64,000 nt of DNA from Octopus sinensis. Taxonomy: Eukaryota. Shown here piece by piece: positions 37,101 through 50,535 of this stretch. The stretch is taken from assembly GCF_006345805.1 (NCBI RefSeq), contig NC_043015.1:18662001-18726000 (forward strand), read 5' to 3'. How positions within the stretch are numbered: the first letter of the stretch is position 1; the number at the start of each line of letters is the position of its first letter. A program made the position numbers and the translations under genes. Below the pieces are notes generated by a model. It saw nothing but the letters and a program-made list of their open reading frames with translations, was not told the DNA's origin and did not search any database.

Positions 37101-37600
37101 CTTCCAAACCATCTATTTGTCTGTCATCGAGCAAGCTATCACTGTTTCTTCCCTGTGGTTTTTTAGAGATTTCACCTCTGTTTTCTGCTATGAAATTACT
37201 TTTTCCAGCTCTACGTCTGTGAACCATCGATGTTTTCTTATTGCTCTAGCTTGATCACATAATCTCTGTTCCGTACGTTAAAACAATCCTCTTTCTCTCT
37301 ATTGATTATACATACGCTGTTGGTATCCCCTAAGATGAACACCATTGATTTGTTTGTTCCATCTACGCCGTATGTGCTGGTTCCGTGCTGGATAATAATA
37401 GGCTAGAGTCGGACCAGTATCTCTGAGCCTGCCGGGTGTAACACTATAACCATCATTGGCTTCAGTTTCATTACCAACGTTATTCACAATATTTTGTTTT
37501 TTCATTGTCACTCATATGAGGTAGCGATTATCAGGTTGCGCAATTACCAGTGTTTTTATTGTGACACCATCATTAGATGTATCATAAATTAGAGCATGAG
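34128..37600 (-). mobile_element. Decayed R4/Dong-clade (RLE) LINE with a (GAA)n tail
   Basis: [41 protein letters not shown], and the RLE end ALGTVSKSLEKY..HLQK; many stops; (TTC)n at 34128-34168. Confidence 0.88.
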
Positions 37601-37639
37601 GAGATTCTAACCGCTTTATTATTATTATTATTATTACTT

Positions 37640-40600
37640 TTTTTTTTCTTCTTTCAAATTTTCTTCCATTTCTTGCCGAGTGTCTTCCCGACTCCTAGGG
37701 CAAAGAAACTCATAGTGTATATTGGTAGGCCATTAAACCAAACTCAGTAGTTCGTTCATTTTTTTTTTTTTTAAAGTTAAATTAAAATACATGAGCAGCA
37801 ACAGTTCTCACATCGACAATGCTCTTCTCAATACGTGTGATGTACCAGTTAAGACAATCTTTTGCACTTCTTGCAGGGATGGTAAGCCAGGGATCATTCT
37901 CATATAATTTTCGGTTCCCTTCTTGATCATTCCTAGTGCTCCTACGATCACTGGTATTGTAACCGCCTTGAGATGCCACATTTTCTCAATTTCAATGTGT
38001 AGGTCTTTATATTTTCTGAGCTTGTCAAACTCTTTCGCTGAGATATTATGATCACAGGGGATGCTCATGTCGATCAATAAGCAAACTTTATTGTTTTGGT
38101 CTTTCACAACAATATCTGGTTTATTGGCCTTGATGGTTCGGTCTGTATGTACTGGAAAGTCCCACAGAATGGTTACATTTTCTCCTTCAGTTACAGCCTC
38201 AGGGTGGTGATTATACCACTTGTCGGCAGTTTTGATATTGTAATGCCGACTTATTAGCCAGTGTAGATATTGGCCAACTCTGTCATGTCTTAATTTATAC
38301 TCCACTGGTGCTAAGACTTTACATCCAGAGATTAGGTGGTCCACTGTTTCAATCATGTCGTTGCAGAATCGGCATTTTGGGTCTGCTCCATTTTTCATCA
38401 CATTGGCCTGGTAGTTCCGGGTTAATAGGCTTTGGTCTTGAGCAGCCAGGATGAAACCTTCGCTCTCTGCTTTTAGCCCTGAGCTCCGCAGCCACTGATG
38501 GGTTTGCTTCTGGTCAACATCAGCTTGTTTGCTGCGGGTCACATATTTGCCGTGCAGAGGTTTCTCCTCCCACCTATCAGCCAATTGCTCGTGCGCTTTT
38601 TTCATTGCCATCATTTTCACCTTCTTTGCAACAATAGTTGCCGTACTTCCCTTGGGTTGTTCAGTTTGGGTATCCTGCACGAGATCAATAGCAAATTTTT
38701 TGCCTTCCTTGATGATAGAATGAAGCTTCTTTCGTCTCTCGTGATTTTCCACGAGCTTTAGCATCCAGTCATTCGATATTTCGAGATATTTGGCCAGTCC
38801 AATTGTGGTTGTTTTGTAAGCTAGTTCAAATTGGATCAGGCCTCGACCTCCTTGGGCTCTGGGAAGGTAAAGGCGATCTACGTCTGCCTTTGGGTGGTGC
38901 ATCCTATTACAACTCAGCAGCTTGCGTATTTTTCTATCTATATTCTTTACTTCACTTATATTCCAGTTCAACACATTGTAGCTATAAGTAACAACTGGAA
39001 CTGGTAAGGAATTTATAGCTAACACCTTGTTACGTGCATTTAGTTCAGATTTCAGGACTGCACGAACTCTCCTATAACATTCCTTCCTGATTTTCTCTTT
39101 CATGCTTGCATGCTGAATACCAGAGCCTTCATTTATCCCTAAATATTTGTATGTCTGTTCTTGCTCAAGCTCTCTTATGACTGTGTCAACATCTAACACG
39201 ACTGAATTTGTGGTCTTCACTTTCCCTTTCTGGAAAGTGGCCTTGGCACACTTCTCAAGTCCAAACTCCATCCCGATGTCATCGCTGAATGCTTTCACGG
39301 TGCGCAATAGGCCTTCAAGTTCATTATTGTCTTTACCATAAGTTTTAAGTCATCCATATAAAATAGATGGCTTATTTTTTTATTGGCAATTTTATACCCA
39401 TACCCTGTTCTGTTTAATTCACTTGTAAGGGGTATTAGGGCTATGCAGAATATTAAAGGTGAAAGTGAGTCACCTTGAAAAATTCCACAGTTGATGTTTA
39501 TATTTTCTGAGGCAAGTACTCCATTAGAGTGGTATAATTGGAGATTCGTATTCCACAACGACATATTGTGCTTCAGGAAGTTTGAAATCACAGGGGAAAT
39601 TTTAAAGATGTCCAGCGATCTCAAGATCCATGGATGCGGTATACTGTCGAAGGCCTTTTTATAGTCAATCCATGCGGTGCTGAGATTTCTGCGCTTGTTG
39701 TGACAGTTCTCAAGGATCATACGATTGATTAGCAGTTGATCTTTGCATCCGTAAGAGCCTCGGCGGCACCCTTTTTGTTCAATGGGGAAAATATCGTTCT
39801 TCTCCATGAATGCATATGTTTTCTCCGCCAGGATAGATGTTAGGATTTTATACGTGGTGGATAGACAGGTTATAGGCCGATAGTTTTTTGGAAGGTTGGT
39901 TTCGTTATTCTTTGGGAGTAGGTAAGTAATGCCACTTGCTAACCATTCAGGTGTTTTCTTTGGGTCTCTCAAAATTCCATTGAGCAGCTGAACTAGCTTA
40001 CCGTGTGCGCACGGGAGCGATGCGAGCCAGAAATTCGGCACCCTATCTTTACCGGGGGATTTCCAATTATGGGCCTTCGTGAGTGCCTTTCTTAGGTCTG
40101 CTATTGTGATGTCTTCCCATGCTTGTTGTTGTAAATTTTGGTAGGATCCTTCAGTTTGTATAATCCAGTCTGCATTTATGTTGTACGTCTTCTTGTCACT
40201 CCAAATCCTTTCCCAAAAGTTTTGAACTTCTTCCATGGGAGGGGGGTCTTTAACGGTTACTTTCTCCTTCCCTATTTCTCTGTAGAATTTTTTGGCATTG
40301 GATGTGAACAGCTTATTTTGCTTGTAAAACTTGTTTCTCTTCTCAAATCTTCGTATTCTTTGGGCTTTTGCTTGGACTTTTTGTTTCAGCGTTTCTTTTA
40401 TTGATATCAGTTCTTCTCTTGGTGAGGATCCAAAATTTCTCTTCATCTTTCTTCCTGTTCTGGATCTTACATCATTTCCACATATTAGTTCATTTAATAT
40501 TGATATTTCCCCTCTCATAAATTCAATCTCTTTTTCAATTTTACTTCTCCAGGTTTGATTTCTTCCCAGGTTTTGTTTTCTTTGTTTTTTCGGGGGCATA

Positions 40601-41479
40601 CAGCTGGTTTCAATTGCCCTAGCAGAAGCGTAAATAATTTCATTTAACTCAGTAAAATCAGGTTTTAATTCTCGTATTATTTCATTTGTTACATAGTTGC
40701 CAATTTGGATTTGTTTTTTATTTTGGTTTGTATTTGAGAGTTTATGAAGCGGTTCTCTATCATTCATACTTGTATGTCTTACAACTTCAAGCGTATTCAG
40801 GATTTTCTGCCTCATTTCTGCCATAGACTCTCTGTGTTCTTCAGCAAATGCGAGATCTTCAGTTACTGTTGTTTTTTCGTTTTCCTGGCTATCTATTTAA
40901 CAGGTACAATAGAATTTCTTGTATCTTCAGGCCTTTGCGTACTTTGGTCAGATGGCAGTCTTTCAATTAAGCCTCGTGGCGGGCTATACTGTTCATCTGA
41001 TTCTTCATTTCCTTTGTGTCTTATATTTATGTCATTTTCCGTTGCGTGCTTGATCGCACTTATTTCACTGTCTGTGAGTCTGTTATTTCTAAAGATATCC
41101 CTCCTCACATTTGCTAATTTGTTCTCGTCCAAATAGGGCCTACTGTCTTGATTCCGTGTTCTCCATATACTGTAAGAGTTTGCGGTGTGTCTCTCTTGAG
41201 ATGGCCTACCTAATGCATAGTAATAAGCGTATATTACTTCTTTATACTCTTCTCGGGTCCATTTGTTCCGCTTACATTTTTCTTTCTGTGGTGGTTGTGG
41301 TGGTGAACTTGGAGGGCTCGAGTTGGGGGATTTCCCGTTCAAGTGACCATCCATGTCCGTATTCGGAGAAGAGTTTGTGCAAGTTGTTGACTTTTCGATC
41401 CCAGGCTGGCTCTTCCCTGGGGGACGCGCTTCCAGATTAACCATAGGACAAGCGATTTGGTATACTGATTTAGTTTTCC

Positions 41480-41480
<1 letters not shown>
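37640..41480 (-). mobile_element. Near-intact R4/Dong-clade non-LTR retrotransposon flanked by (TAA)n on both sides
   Basis: Single long ORF with RT, CCHC finger and restriction-like endonuclease; (ATT)n at about 37617-37637 and 41481-41551. Confidence 0.93.
37808..41444 (-). CDS. RT-ZnF-RLE polyprotein, about 1210 aa if two single-base frameshifts are corrected
   Basis: NYRPITCL, QKGCRRG, AWIDYKKAFDS, GIFQGDSLSP, HLFYMDDLKL, CRFCNDMIETVDHLISGC, KPDIVVKD..LIDMSIP..K.RKY. The breaks near 40885 and 39345 each look like one missing base in a short homopolymer. Confidence 0.85.
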
Positions 41481-41551
<71 letters not shown>

Positions 41552-42005
41552 TTACTACTATTTGTCATTATTGATATTTCCTCTGATCCGACATGAGTTT
41601 TCATGATTATTATTATTTTCATTTATTATTAAAAGGTATTATTGAATGTAGTTTAGTTTCAACTTTTGTGTTGATCTTGAAATGATCATGAATATGTGAG
41701 TGTTTAAGGGAATAGTAGGAGCAAGAAAGACAGCTTGGTGAATACATTAAATTCCTCAGGTCTGTAAGTAGAAAAGATCAGCAATAGGCATTCCTGTGCG
41801 ATAAGGAGATCAAAGCGGCTTCACCCCCTTGGGGTCAGCAGAGGTCAAATGTGTTTACTACTACTAGCGATCAATGAGAGCGCTGATCATGGCCTTGAAA
41901 AGAACCAATCTACTTTGTTATATTTTTAATTACTGATAGAAAAATATTTATATGTATGTATATATATATATATATATATATAGATATATATATATATATA
42001 TATAA

Positions 42006-42083
<78 letters not shown>

Positions 42084-42257
42084 GTTTAATATTTGTTGTG
42101 CAAGATTTTTTATGTGAAGTCGTGTGTTGAAACAGATATTGTTATATTTCGGAATGGTCATATTGCCAGTTTAGCCAATAAAAACACACGCACTATATAT
42201 TTGGTGTTATTTTGCTTCAGTGATATTTATTTTTTACATTAATCTTAATCTTATTTC

Positions 42258-42302
42258 GGCCAAAGTTCTTTCGTCACACTCCTGTGACCGCATCAGTGGT
42301 CC
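42258..42302 (-). ncRNA. Minimal hammerhead-like motif (A9 to C variant) in the PLE 3' region
   Basis: Minus strand reads GGACCA-CTGATGC-G-GTCAC-AGGAGT-GTGAC-GAA-AG-AA-CT-T-TGGCC. Confidence 0.5.
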
Positions 42303-42615
42303 TTTGTTTTCTTCTCACTTACTTGTGTCTTTCCTTACTAACCGTCAGCCATTTTGTATTTCTATTGTATGTCTTCATCTGCGCATGCTTATATCTCTAT
42401 GTGCGTCTATGTTTACTTAGTGTGTGTGTGGGGGGATGCCTGTAATATTTGTATCTTCTGGTTATATACATTCTTGTAATTTGTATTTTGTTTTTGTTGT
42501 TGTTGCTTTTGTTCTAATTTTGTTCATGTGTTTACATCCACCCATTATTATCATTACATATGCTTGTATGTATGTATAACAACAATATTAGTAATAATAA
42601 TAATAAATCTAATTG

Positions 42616-42696
<81 letters not shown>

Positions 42697-42812
42697 TATA
42701 CACACATACACACACATATACACATATACATACACATATACATATATATAGTTATTCATTTCTATTTCTTTAATTATCTGTGTATTTATTATGTTTGCAG
42801 GATCCACTATCG

Positions 42813-45207
42813 TCATATGTTGTGGTGTGCGCTATTGCTCCATTCTAGTTTTCTATTCAGGCTAGGTTTATTTTCTATTATATGTGTAGCTTCTGTAATT
42901 TGTCTAATTGTTGCATCTGTTCTATGTGTGGACAATATCTTAATCTCTATGTTATTGATTGATCCCCCGTGTTCTTGTTCAGCGTGTTGGTACAGAATCG
43001 ATGAGCTTTTACCTTCCTTGAGTTGTCTCCAATGTTCATTCACCCGCTCACCAATGCTTCTTGCTGTTTCCCCTACGTATGTCGTTGTCTTGTTACTGCA
43101 TCGTCCCTCTATACATCTTATACTATAGACCACATTTCTGGCTTTACAGTTTGTTTGTGGGCTAAATCTACATACAGTGCAATAGTTATCCGTACAGAGA
43201 GTTCTACTAAAAGGATAGCTTCTACCAATTATAGATCTGATAGGGTTGCCTGGCTTTTCAACAACCTTAATTCTTAGTTTATCTAGGGTCCTTCTAAAGC
43301 GGTACGCCAGTTCACCTCCAGGGGTGGTGTCAACGAACATGACACTCTGGTATTTATGGCTATCATACCAAGAGTTGGCCTTCCCTATTTTCTTTTTTGT
43401 CCTTTCTATAGTGTTCCATGACTTGTTCCTATAGAGTGGGCAAATCCCATTCCTATCATTACATAATATATTATCAAATTTCTTCATGGCTCCTTTGTAT
43501 ACTCTGACCCTTTCTTTATGGCTGTAACCTGAGAACTGCATGCGGTGAATGAAATACTGTATGTGTCTCTTTAATTATGTAGGCTCGCACATGCGTGACA
43601 CATTTCTCATTATTCTGACGAGGTCTGCCATCAAAATATTGAATTTGGCATTGCCCGCAATGGCTGAGTTCCGGTGGATCAGGTATTTTGAGGCCATAGG
43701 TTTTGCATAGTATGAATGAAGGATTTGGGTTTTATTTTTCACAATTTCTAGCCAGAGTTCAGTGTCTAGTACTGGTAGTCTATGGTTGGGGTGTTTAGTG
43801 GGGTAGTCTATTGTGACCTTAATACTCTGGTGGATGGAGTTAGCTATTTGCTGGATGCTCTCCATAGTATTAGTTTCTATTACTATATCAACATTACTCT
43901 CTTGTGGGGGTGCCTTTACTACTATATTGATATCATCAACATAGCGAGAGTACATGTTTACAAGTATGGATTTCTGCAGTAGGCATTCTTTAAGCCTTCT
44001 GTCCCACCATACCATGAAGAGGTTGGCCACATCACAGCGATACTAACACCGATGGCTGCCCCCTCGTCCTGGGCATATATTTTATTATTAATTTAAATGT
44101 GTGGCCTTTTAGGGTAACTCTTATACTAGCTCCTAGTGCATGTGCGATCATTTTCTTTACCTGATGGACATTTGCGGGGCTCCGTATGGCTCTGGTCCAT
44201 CCGCGCCATCTTTCTATATGTGTCTTCCTAGCCATAGAAGTAATTGTAGGCGGTCTACCTCTTAAACATCTACTGGGGCAGAAACTACTAAGATTATGTT
44301 TATCTAAGTATTCACTATTATATGTCAGTCTAAGTAGGAGGCCCAGTTCTTCTGTGTCGACATTACAGAACTCCACCTGGCTCTCGTTGATCATCTCCAC
44401 GCACTTCTCCACTGCAAAATCTACGTCAATCGATGGGTATAGGGATACCACATCCATGCTACCTACTATACATCCTGTCAAGTCACAAGTTTTGTTACAG
44501 TCACTGATCCTGCTTAGGAGATCTTCTGTGCTGTCACACACATCAGGTGACATCCTGATTATAGGGCGTATGATCATTGAGAGGAAGTAGGAGATTCTGT
44601 AATTGCTAGCGATATTCGCTCCACAGACTGGTCTTGTTGGTGGTCCTGCTATAGGGTCAGTAAAACCTTTATGGTCCTTGCGAAGTCCATACAGTGCCGG
44701 GATATCATTGTTCCAGGCTTGGAAATTCCTTGCAGTACGTTTCTGAGGTCCTAGAACAATTGTCCACATCATCATGTGGGCATTGAGGACCTTTTCTCTC
44801 TCCTCATGCGCCTGTACAGTTGTTACTTTTGTATTGACGATATGAGGTTGCATTGCCTGGATGTAGTTCGGTAAGCTGTCTATTGACATCCTGCCGGACT
44901 TATCCGTGGGAAGGCATATCACCTCTCCGTTCCTCGTGCGCTGAATGAGCTTCTGTAGGCCACATGCAGGTTTAATCCCGAGTTGTTGGGCATCTGTCTT
45001 ATTCTGTCTCTGTCTCTTAATGTATAATCCTAAAATCTGTCTAAGTTTGGTCCTAGCTATAGTAAACTGTGCTTCCATGTGGTCATTAGTACGTCTTGGG
45101 ATGTATACTCTTTTGTTGAAGGGTAATGTTGTTGGATAAATTCGGTTCATGCAGTAAGTTTTGTCGCATACGTTGAAGAATTGAGTGTCAAAGGGATGGG
45201 TATACAT
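42813..45207 (-). pseudogene. PLE RT and GIY-YIG endonuclease ORF (two 1-nt deletions and one in-frame TAA)
   Basis: LPTDKSG, LYGLRKDHK, PTRPV, GSMDVVSLYPSID, YSRYVDD, LPVLDTE, Cys-rich linker CTDNYCTVC, CKARNVVYSIRC..YVGETARSIGERVNEH. Confidence 0.9.
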
Positions 45208-45601
45208 GTCAATGGTCTCTCTAGGGTTATCTTCATTATCGTTACTGTTTCCAACATCAGCCTTCCTATTATTATTATCACCATTACCACTACTACTACT
45301 ACTAGTATTCCTATTACCACCACAACTATCACTACTATCCTCATTACTACTTCTACTGTTACCATCACTACTACTACTACCACTATTATTGTTATTACCT
45401 TTATTCCTACTATTGCCATTATTACTATCATCGCTAGTGATATATTCATTGTTCCTGTTTTAAGATTAATGTAAAAAATAAATATCACTGAAGCAAAATA
45501 ACACCAAATATATAGTGCGTGTGTTTTTATTGGCTAAACTGGCAATATGACCATTCCGAAATATAACAATATATATATATACATACACATATATGTATAG
45601 T

Positions 45602-45639
<38 letters not shown>

Positions 45640-45894
45640 TAGACCAAAGCGTACGTACGCCGCTATATTTTTTTATATATAAAAAATACAAAATAGGACA
45701 AGAACGCAAAACATCCAGACGGTTAGGTGATACAAAAAAGGGACCACAAAACATCCAGATAGACGATACAAAGAAAACAAGGACGGGTCATTCGGAGTTT
45801 TCTATCCTCAGTCGAGTTCCAGATTATCTTTGCAATTTCGGCTGGTTATACTCGAGATTGCTCCAATCTGGCCAGTCCCAAAGAAAAACTAAGC

Positions 45895-45939
45895 TAAGAG
45901 CATTAGATTTCTTGGAAGAAAGCAGCGAATGTATACGAA

Positions 45940-45970
<31 letters not shown>

Positions 45971-46047
45971 TGTATGTATGTATGTTATATATATATACAT
46001 ATTTCGTATACATTTGCTGCTTTCTTCCAAGGAATCTAATGCTCTTA
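45895..46047. repeat. 53-bp inverted repeat around a (TATG)n/(TA)n spacer
   Basis: 45895-45947 versus 45995-46047, 2 mismatches. Confidence 0.9.
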
Positions 46048-46048
46048 T

Positions 46049-46149
<101 letters not shown>

Positions 46150-46201
46150 TATATATATATATATACTGATGCTCACCTCGTTGAATTTTTTAATTTCTGA
46201 A

Positions 46202-46278
<77 letters not shown>

Positions 46279-47244
46279 GTTATCATTATTGTCTTATCAC
46301 TGAAGAGTGGGCTTAAGCATTTAAGTGTGTTCAATTCATGTCATTACTGAGTGTGTTACGTATGTGCGCATCTAAATAACTACTTACCAAAAGTTTTGTG
46401 TTTTATAATGCTTGCACCTGAGATTCTTATAACTGAATGATAATCACGTACTTCGAAATTTTAGGATGACGATTATCATTTTGTTTACTACGCAAATGAA
46501 CTGCATAAAATTTCTGAACTTTTTGATTTTGTTCTTTATTCTTTAGATATGTCCGAAACAGACCAACACTAAAGAAATTGTCTTCTTACATAAGCAAAAA
46601 TCTGTGATCTGCATAGAGAGAGAGAAGAAATAAGATTTTATGATAGTATACTTTCCTACAGGATCTTATTGATGTTAAGTAAAATGAAATAACTTCAAAT
46701 AGGAAGCGAAACACGTCTGAAGCTCTATGTAATGCGAACTTATTACTCTACGATATTCATCATATGAATCTTAATACAGATGCAAGAAAATTTAAACCAG
46801 ATTTCTTTTATTTATTTAACTATAGATATAAAGTTTTTATGAGATTCCTTACGTGACAAAGAGACAAAATGTTTGAAATTATTTCACGATGAAGGCTTTT
46901 ACTCTGAATCAACTGTAAAGATTATTTATGTTGCTGCTTCAAATGATGCTGAATTTTGTGAAATTTGTTTCATAGAGAATATGTACAGAGCTGTAAACAC
47001 GAACAGATCTTGTTGTATCGCCACGGTTTCTAGTTTGCTACATTATCGGGATGGGTGGGGGTGTTAACAATTCACTACGTGTGTAGTTTTACAACATTCT
47101 AATTAAAATACCAGGTTGTATGATGTGAATAATTACTGTAGATATGTTTAATATAGTTAAAAATTTACCGAATAATTATATCACAGAGTTAAACTTTCAA
47201 TATGACATAGTATCTATAAACTCTAAAAAGTATAACTATGATAC

Positions 47245-47833
47245 CATATTCTTTTCTACTCTAGGCACAAGGCCCGAAATTTTGGGGGGAGGAGGCCAGT
47301 CGATTAGATCGACCCCAGTACGCAACTGGTACTTAATTTATTGACCCCGAAAGAATGAAAGGCAAAGTCGACTTCGGCGGAATTTGAACTCAGAGCGTAG
47401 CGACAGGCGAAATACCTATTTCTTTACTACCCACAAGGGGCTAAACACAGAGAGGACAAACAAGGACAAACAAACAGATTAAGTCGATTACATCAACCCC
47501 AGTGCGTAACTGGTACTTATTTAATCGACCCCGAAAGGATGAAAGGCAAAGTCGACTTCGGCGGAATTTGAACTCAGAGCGTAACGGCAAACGAAATACC
47601 TATTTCTTTACTACCCATAAGGGGCTAAACACTGAGGGGACAAACAAGGACAGACAAACGGATTAAGTCGATTACATCAACCCCAGTGCGTAACTGGTAC
47701 TTATTTAATCGACCCCGAAAGGATGAAAGGCAAAGTCGACCTCGGCGGAATTTGAACTCAGAGCGTAACAGCAGACGAAACACCGCTAAGCACTTCACCC
47801 TGCGTGCTAACGTTTCTGCCAGCTCGCCGCCTT
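47245..47833 (-). mobile_element. Head-to-tail SINE trimer (head-body-tailA, body-tailA, body-tailB)
   Basis: 184-bp period (47417, 47601); junctions read GAAATACCTATTTC. Confidence 0.9.
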
Positions 47834-49870
47834 AACTATGACACTATATTGTAGTCGTTCTGAGTAAACTTGAATGTTATTCGAAACATCATATTATCAC
47901 ACATTCTTCAGAAAGAGCTGCCTATTACCAAATTTCCTTTCAATACGATGCATTTGATTAATTAACTCTTTTAGCTTCTTGATATTCTTTAATCTTTCAT
48001 GGTTACGAACCATGGAACCAAAGGAATTTCCATAACTTAATTTGTGTAAGATGAATGAATAGGACAGAATGAGAGGATGGATTATTTGGACAATATTTCT
48101 TTGCCAAATCAGCTTTCTCTCGCTGATAGTTCAGATGAACGCATCTATGCGTGAATTTTTGAAGCGTACCAAAAGGGATACAAAGACAGTTACATTACTT
48201 TGCAGAAGTATTATCGGTTTCAAACAACATGAGTGGAAACTTTTACATATTTTTCTTTTGTTTGCCCCAGGAGAAAAAGGAGCGTGCTAATAACCCTTCC
48301 GGGTCCTTGGAGATTGCTGATAGTGATGATTGATGTTCAATTTGAACAGCTGAAAGTTAACGCCTGTGAAATATAAGTGGATGAGAAGGAAAATTCAGGG
48401 GGTCAATATCCTGGAAGGAAGGATTGGGCTGATTAAGTGTAGGGCTCTGAGGGAAAAATAGAGAATAGCTAACGGGATGACAGACGAATGTGCTTGGCTG
48501 AAGGTGTTACAAAAGTAGCTAACTCTTAGGAGCAGGGATCGTTGCTGAGGCAGAGTAAGTTGAAGTGATACTGGGTCTGTGGGTTAGAGGATGGGATTTG
48601 TTGATAAGTGGCTCCTTGTCAAATGACATTTCTTTTAAATACTGTGGAGAATATGCTTGTAAAGCCCCCCCCCCAGATTTGGGAGTAGTATTACAGTGTG
48701 TGTCTCACTGGAGCTTTGTAGAAAATCAGCAGCTTTCTTAAAAATTAAACAAAACCGTAATATCTGTTACCTGCAATGAATTATTATCTAAACAGAAACA
48801 AATATCATTCCTTTCTTATTTCCTCATATCATTAAAAACAGGGAAAAATCCTTGCTAAAAGATGATGTAGACATGTTTATTCATACATACATGCATGCAT
48901 ACATACATATGTATATAAATATGTGTGTATATAATGTATATGTGTATGTGTGAACGTAAGCTCACGCACATAAACATACATACACACACATAGAACGCAT
49001 ATCCGTATAAATTCCAATATGCATATATATATCTGTAAAGATATATGCGTATATATTTATGTGCACACGCGCGCGCACACACGCAATACAAACACACACA
49101 TACACGCAATACGAACACACACACACACGTGCAAACACACCAACTCATGTAAGTGCAAACGTAGCCGCATCCACATGACACATACATATATGTGTATGAT
49201 GTGAAATTGTTAATTCTGTGTAGTGAAAAAACAATGAAAAACAAAAAAAAAAGGAAAAGAAAACGAAGTCATCAACAGCAATTTAGTATTATCTATACAC
49301 AGGTTTTTTTCATGTAAAGAATGCAAACTTAAAATGCGACAATCAATCAACCCTTTATTCATCTATTCTACGATGATTCTTCTTTCGACCGAGCCTCATT
49401 AGAGCCACTTGCGCTTTAATTGGCTGAGTAGTGATGCTCTCAATTATGTTTTTTTCATCATCTGTAAAGTATCTCTTGTATCCTGCATCCTACTGCACTG
49501 TTCATATAACTGCAATTGCTAATTCTAGTTTTTTGCCTGTGAAGAGAGAGAATTGAGCAATTATCATTTCCAACACGTGAATATCGATATATTCAAACCT
49601 TAAACTAAACGTTATGGCTTCATTCGTTTGTCTTTAATATTGAGCATTGATTTTACTGAATTGTCACTTCATAATTGTTCCCTTAGTCTGAACGTAGACA
49701 TCTAAGCATTATGATTTTTAAAAACTTTCTGTGCAGTGCCCAAAATATTGATTGGCAAGTACTACTTTATATTAGCAGTTTAAAAACATCGTTTGACGAA
49801 TGAGCTCGAGTTTCCAGTTTTTGCCTCTTCTCCACAGGAAAATAGTCTAATGTTTTTGAATTAACCATTT

Positions 49871-49907
<37 letters not shown>

Positions 49908-50324
49908 TCTTTGTATAAACACATATATACATTTGCGTGTGTGCATATGTGCATAGAAGCATTATGTGTTTATGTGTGTTTTAGGGCTAACCTTCATGAC
50001 GAAGCTAAACAACTGAAATTAGTATTTCCCAAGGAGGTTATTAGCTTGTTAAAAAACTTTAGGAAGTAGTCAACAGTCAAACTCTTCGCGAGAATTTCTT
50101 CAACAAACTGGAGACAAAAATTGTAAACTGGAAGAATTTTAATTAATTTTTCTTCGAAAATATATGGTTCTGATCTTACTAGAAAGTTTCATTGAATAGA
50201 TGTTCTTATAAAGCGGAAGGTAAGATTTATTTTGGGAAAGCAAAAAGGTTCCATGTAATCCTGATAGGCATTTGGAGTTATAAATTGTTAATCAATAATG
50301 CTAGTCAGTATGAATGCGTTGTTG

Positions 50325-50535
50325 ATGGCGATAAGCTGGAGGAATCATTAACACGCCGGTAAAATACTTAGCCGCATTTCCTCCGTCTTTACGCTCTGAG
50401 TTCAAATTCTGTCGAGGTCGACTTTGCCTTTCATCTTTTCGTGGTCGATAAAATAAGTACCAGTTACGCACTGGGGTCGATGTAATCGACTTGCTCCCGA
50501 AATTGCTGGCCTTGTTCCAAAATTTGAAACCAATA
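50325..50535 (+). mobile_element. SINE copy, tail type B
   Basis: GGCGATAAGCTGG head, GAGTTCAAATTC B box, and a body homologous to the 15738 copy. Confidence 0.8.

Larger units (their letters stand above)
42083..45572 (-). mobile_element. Near-intact Penelope-like element (probably Neptune-type) with a 113-bp inverted terminal repeat, set between (TA)n tracts
   Basis: 42136-42248 is the reverse complement of 45460-45572; RT plus C-terminal GIY-YIG ORF; hammerhead-like motif at 42258-42302. Confidence 0.88.

Noticed and set aside
41340-41480. HDV-like ribozyme at the 5' end of the Dong-like element
   Set aside because: Only a CCCAGG/CCTGGG stem is visible; I could not build the nested double pseudoknot by eye.
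45480-45572. CTGAAGC...CCGAAATATA in the PLE inverted repeat as a hammerhead
   Set aside because: The core segments cannot be joined by a consistent helix II.
45780-45820. Minus-strand CTGAGGA...CGAAT as a hammerhead
   Set aside because: It lacks GAAA and convincing helices I and III.
48764-48795. 17-nt minus-strand micro-exon (TTTCTGTTTAG...TGCAG|GTAAC)
   Set aside because: Such motifs arise by chance in AT-rich DNA, and there is no supporting context.
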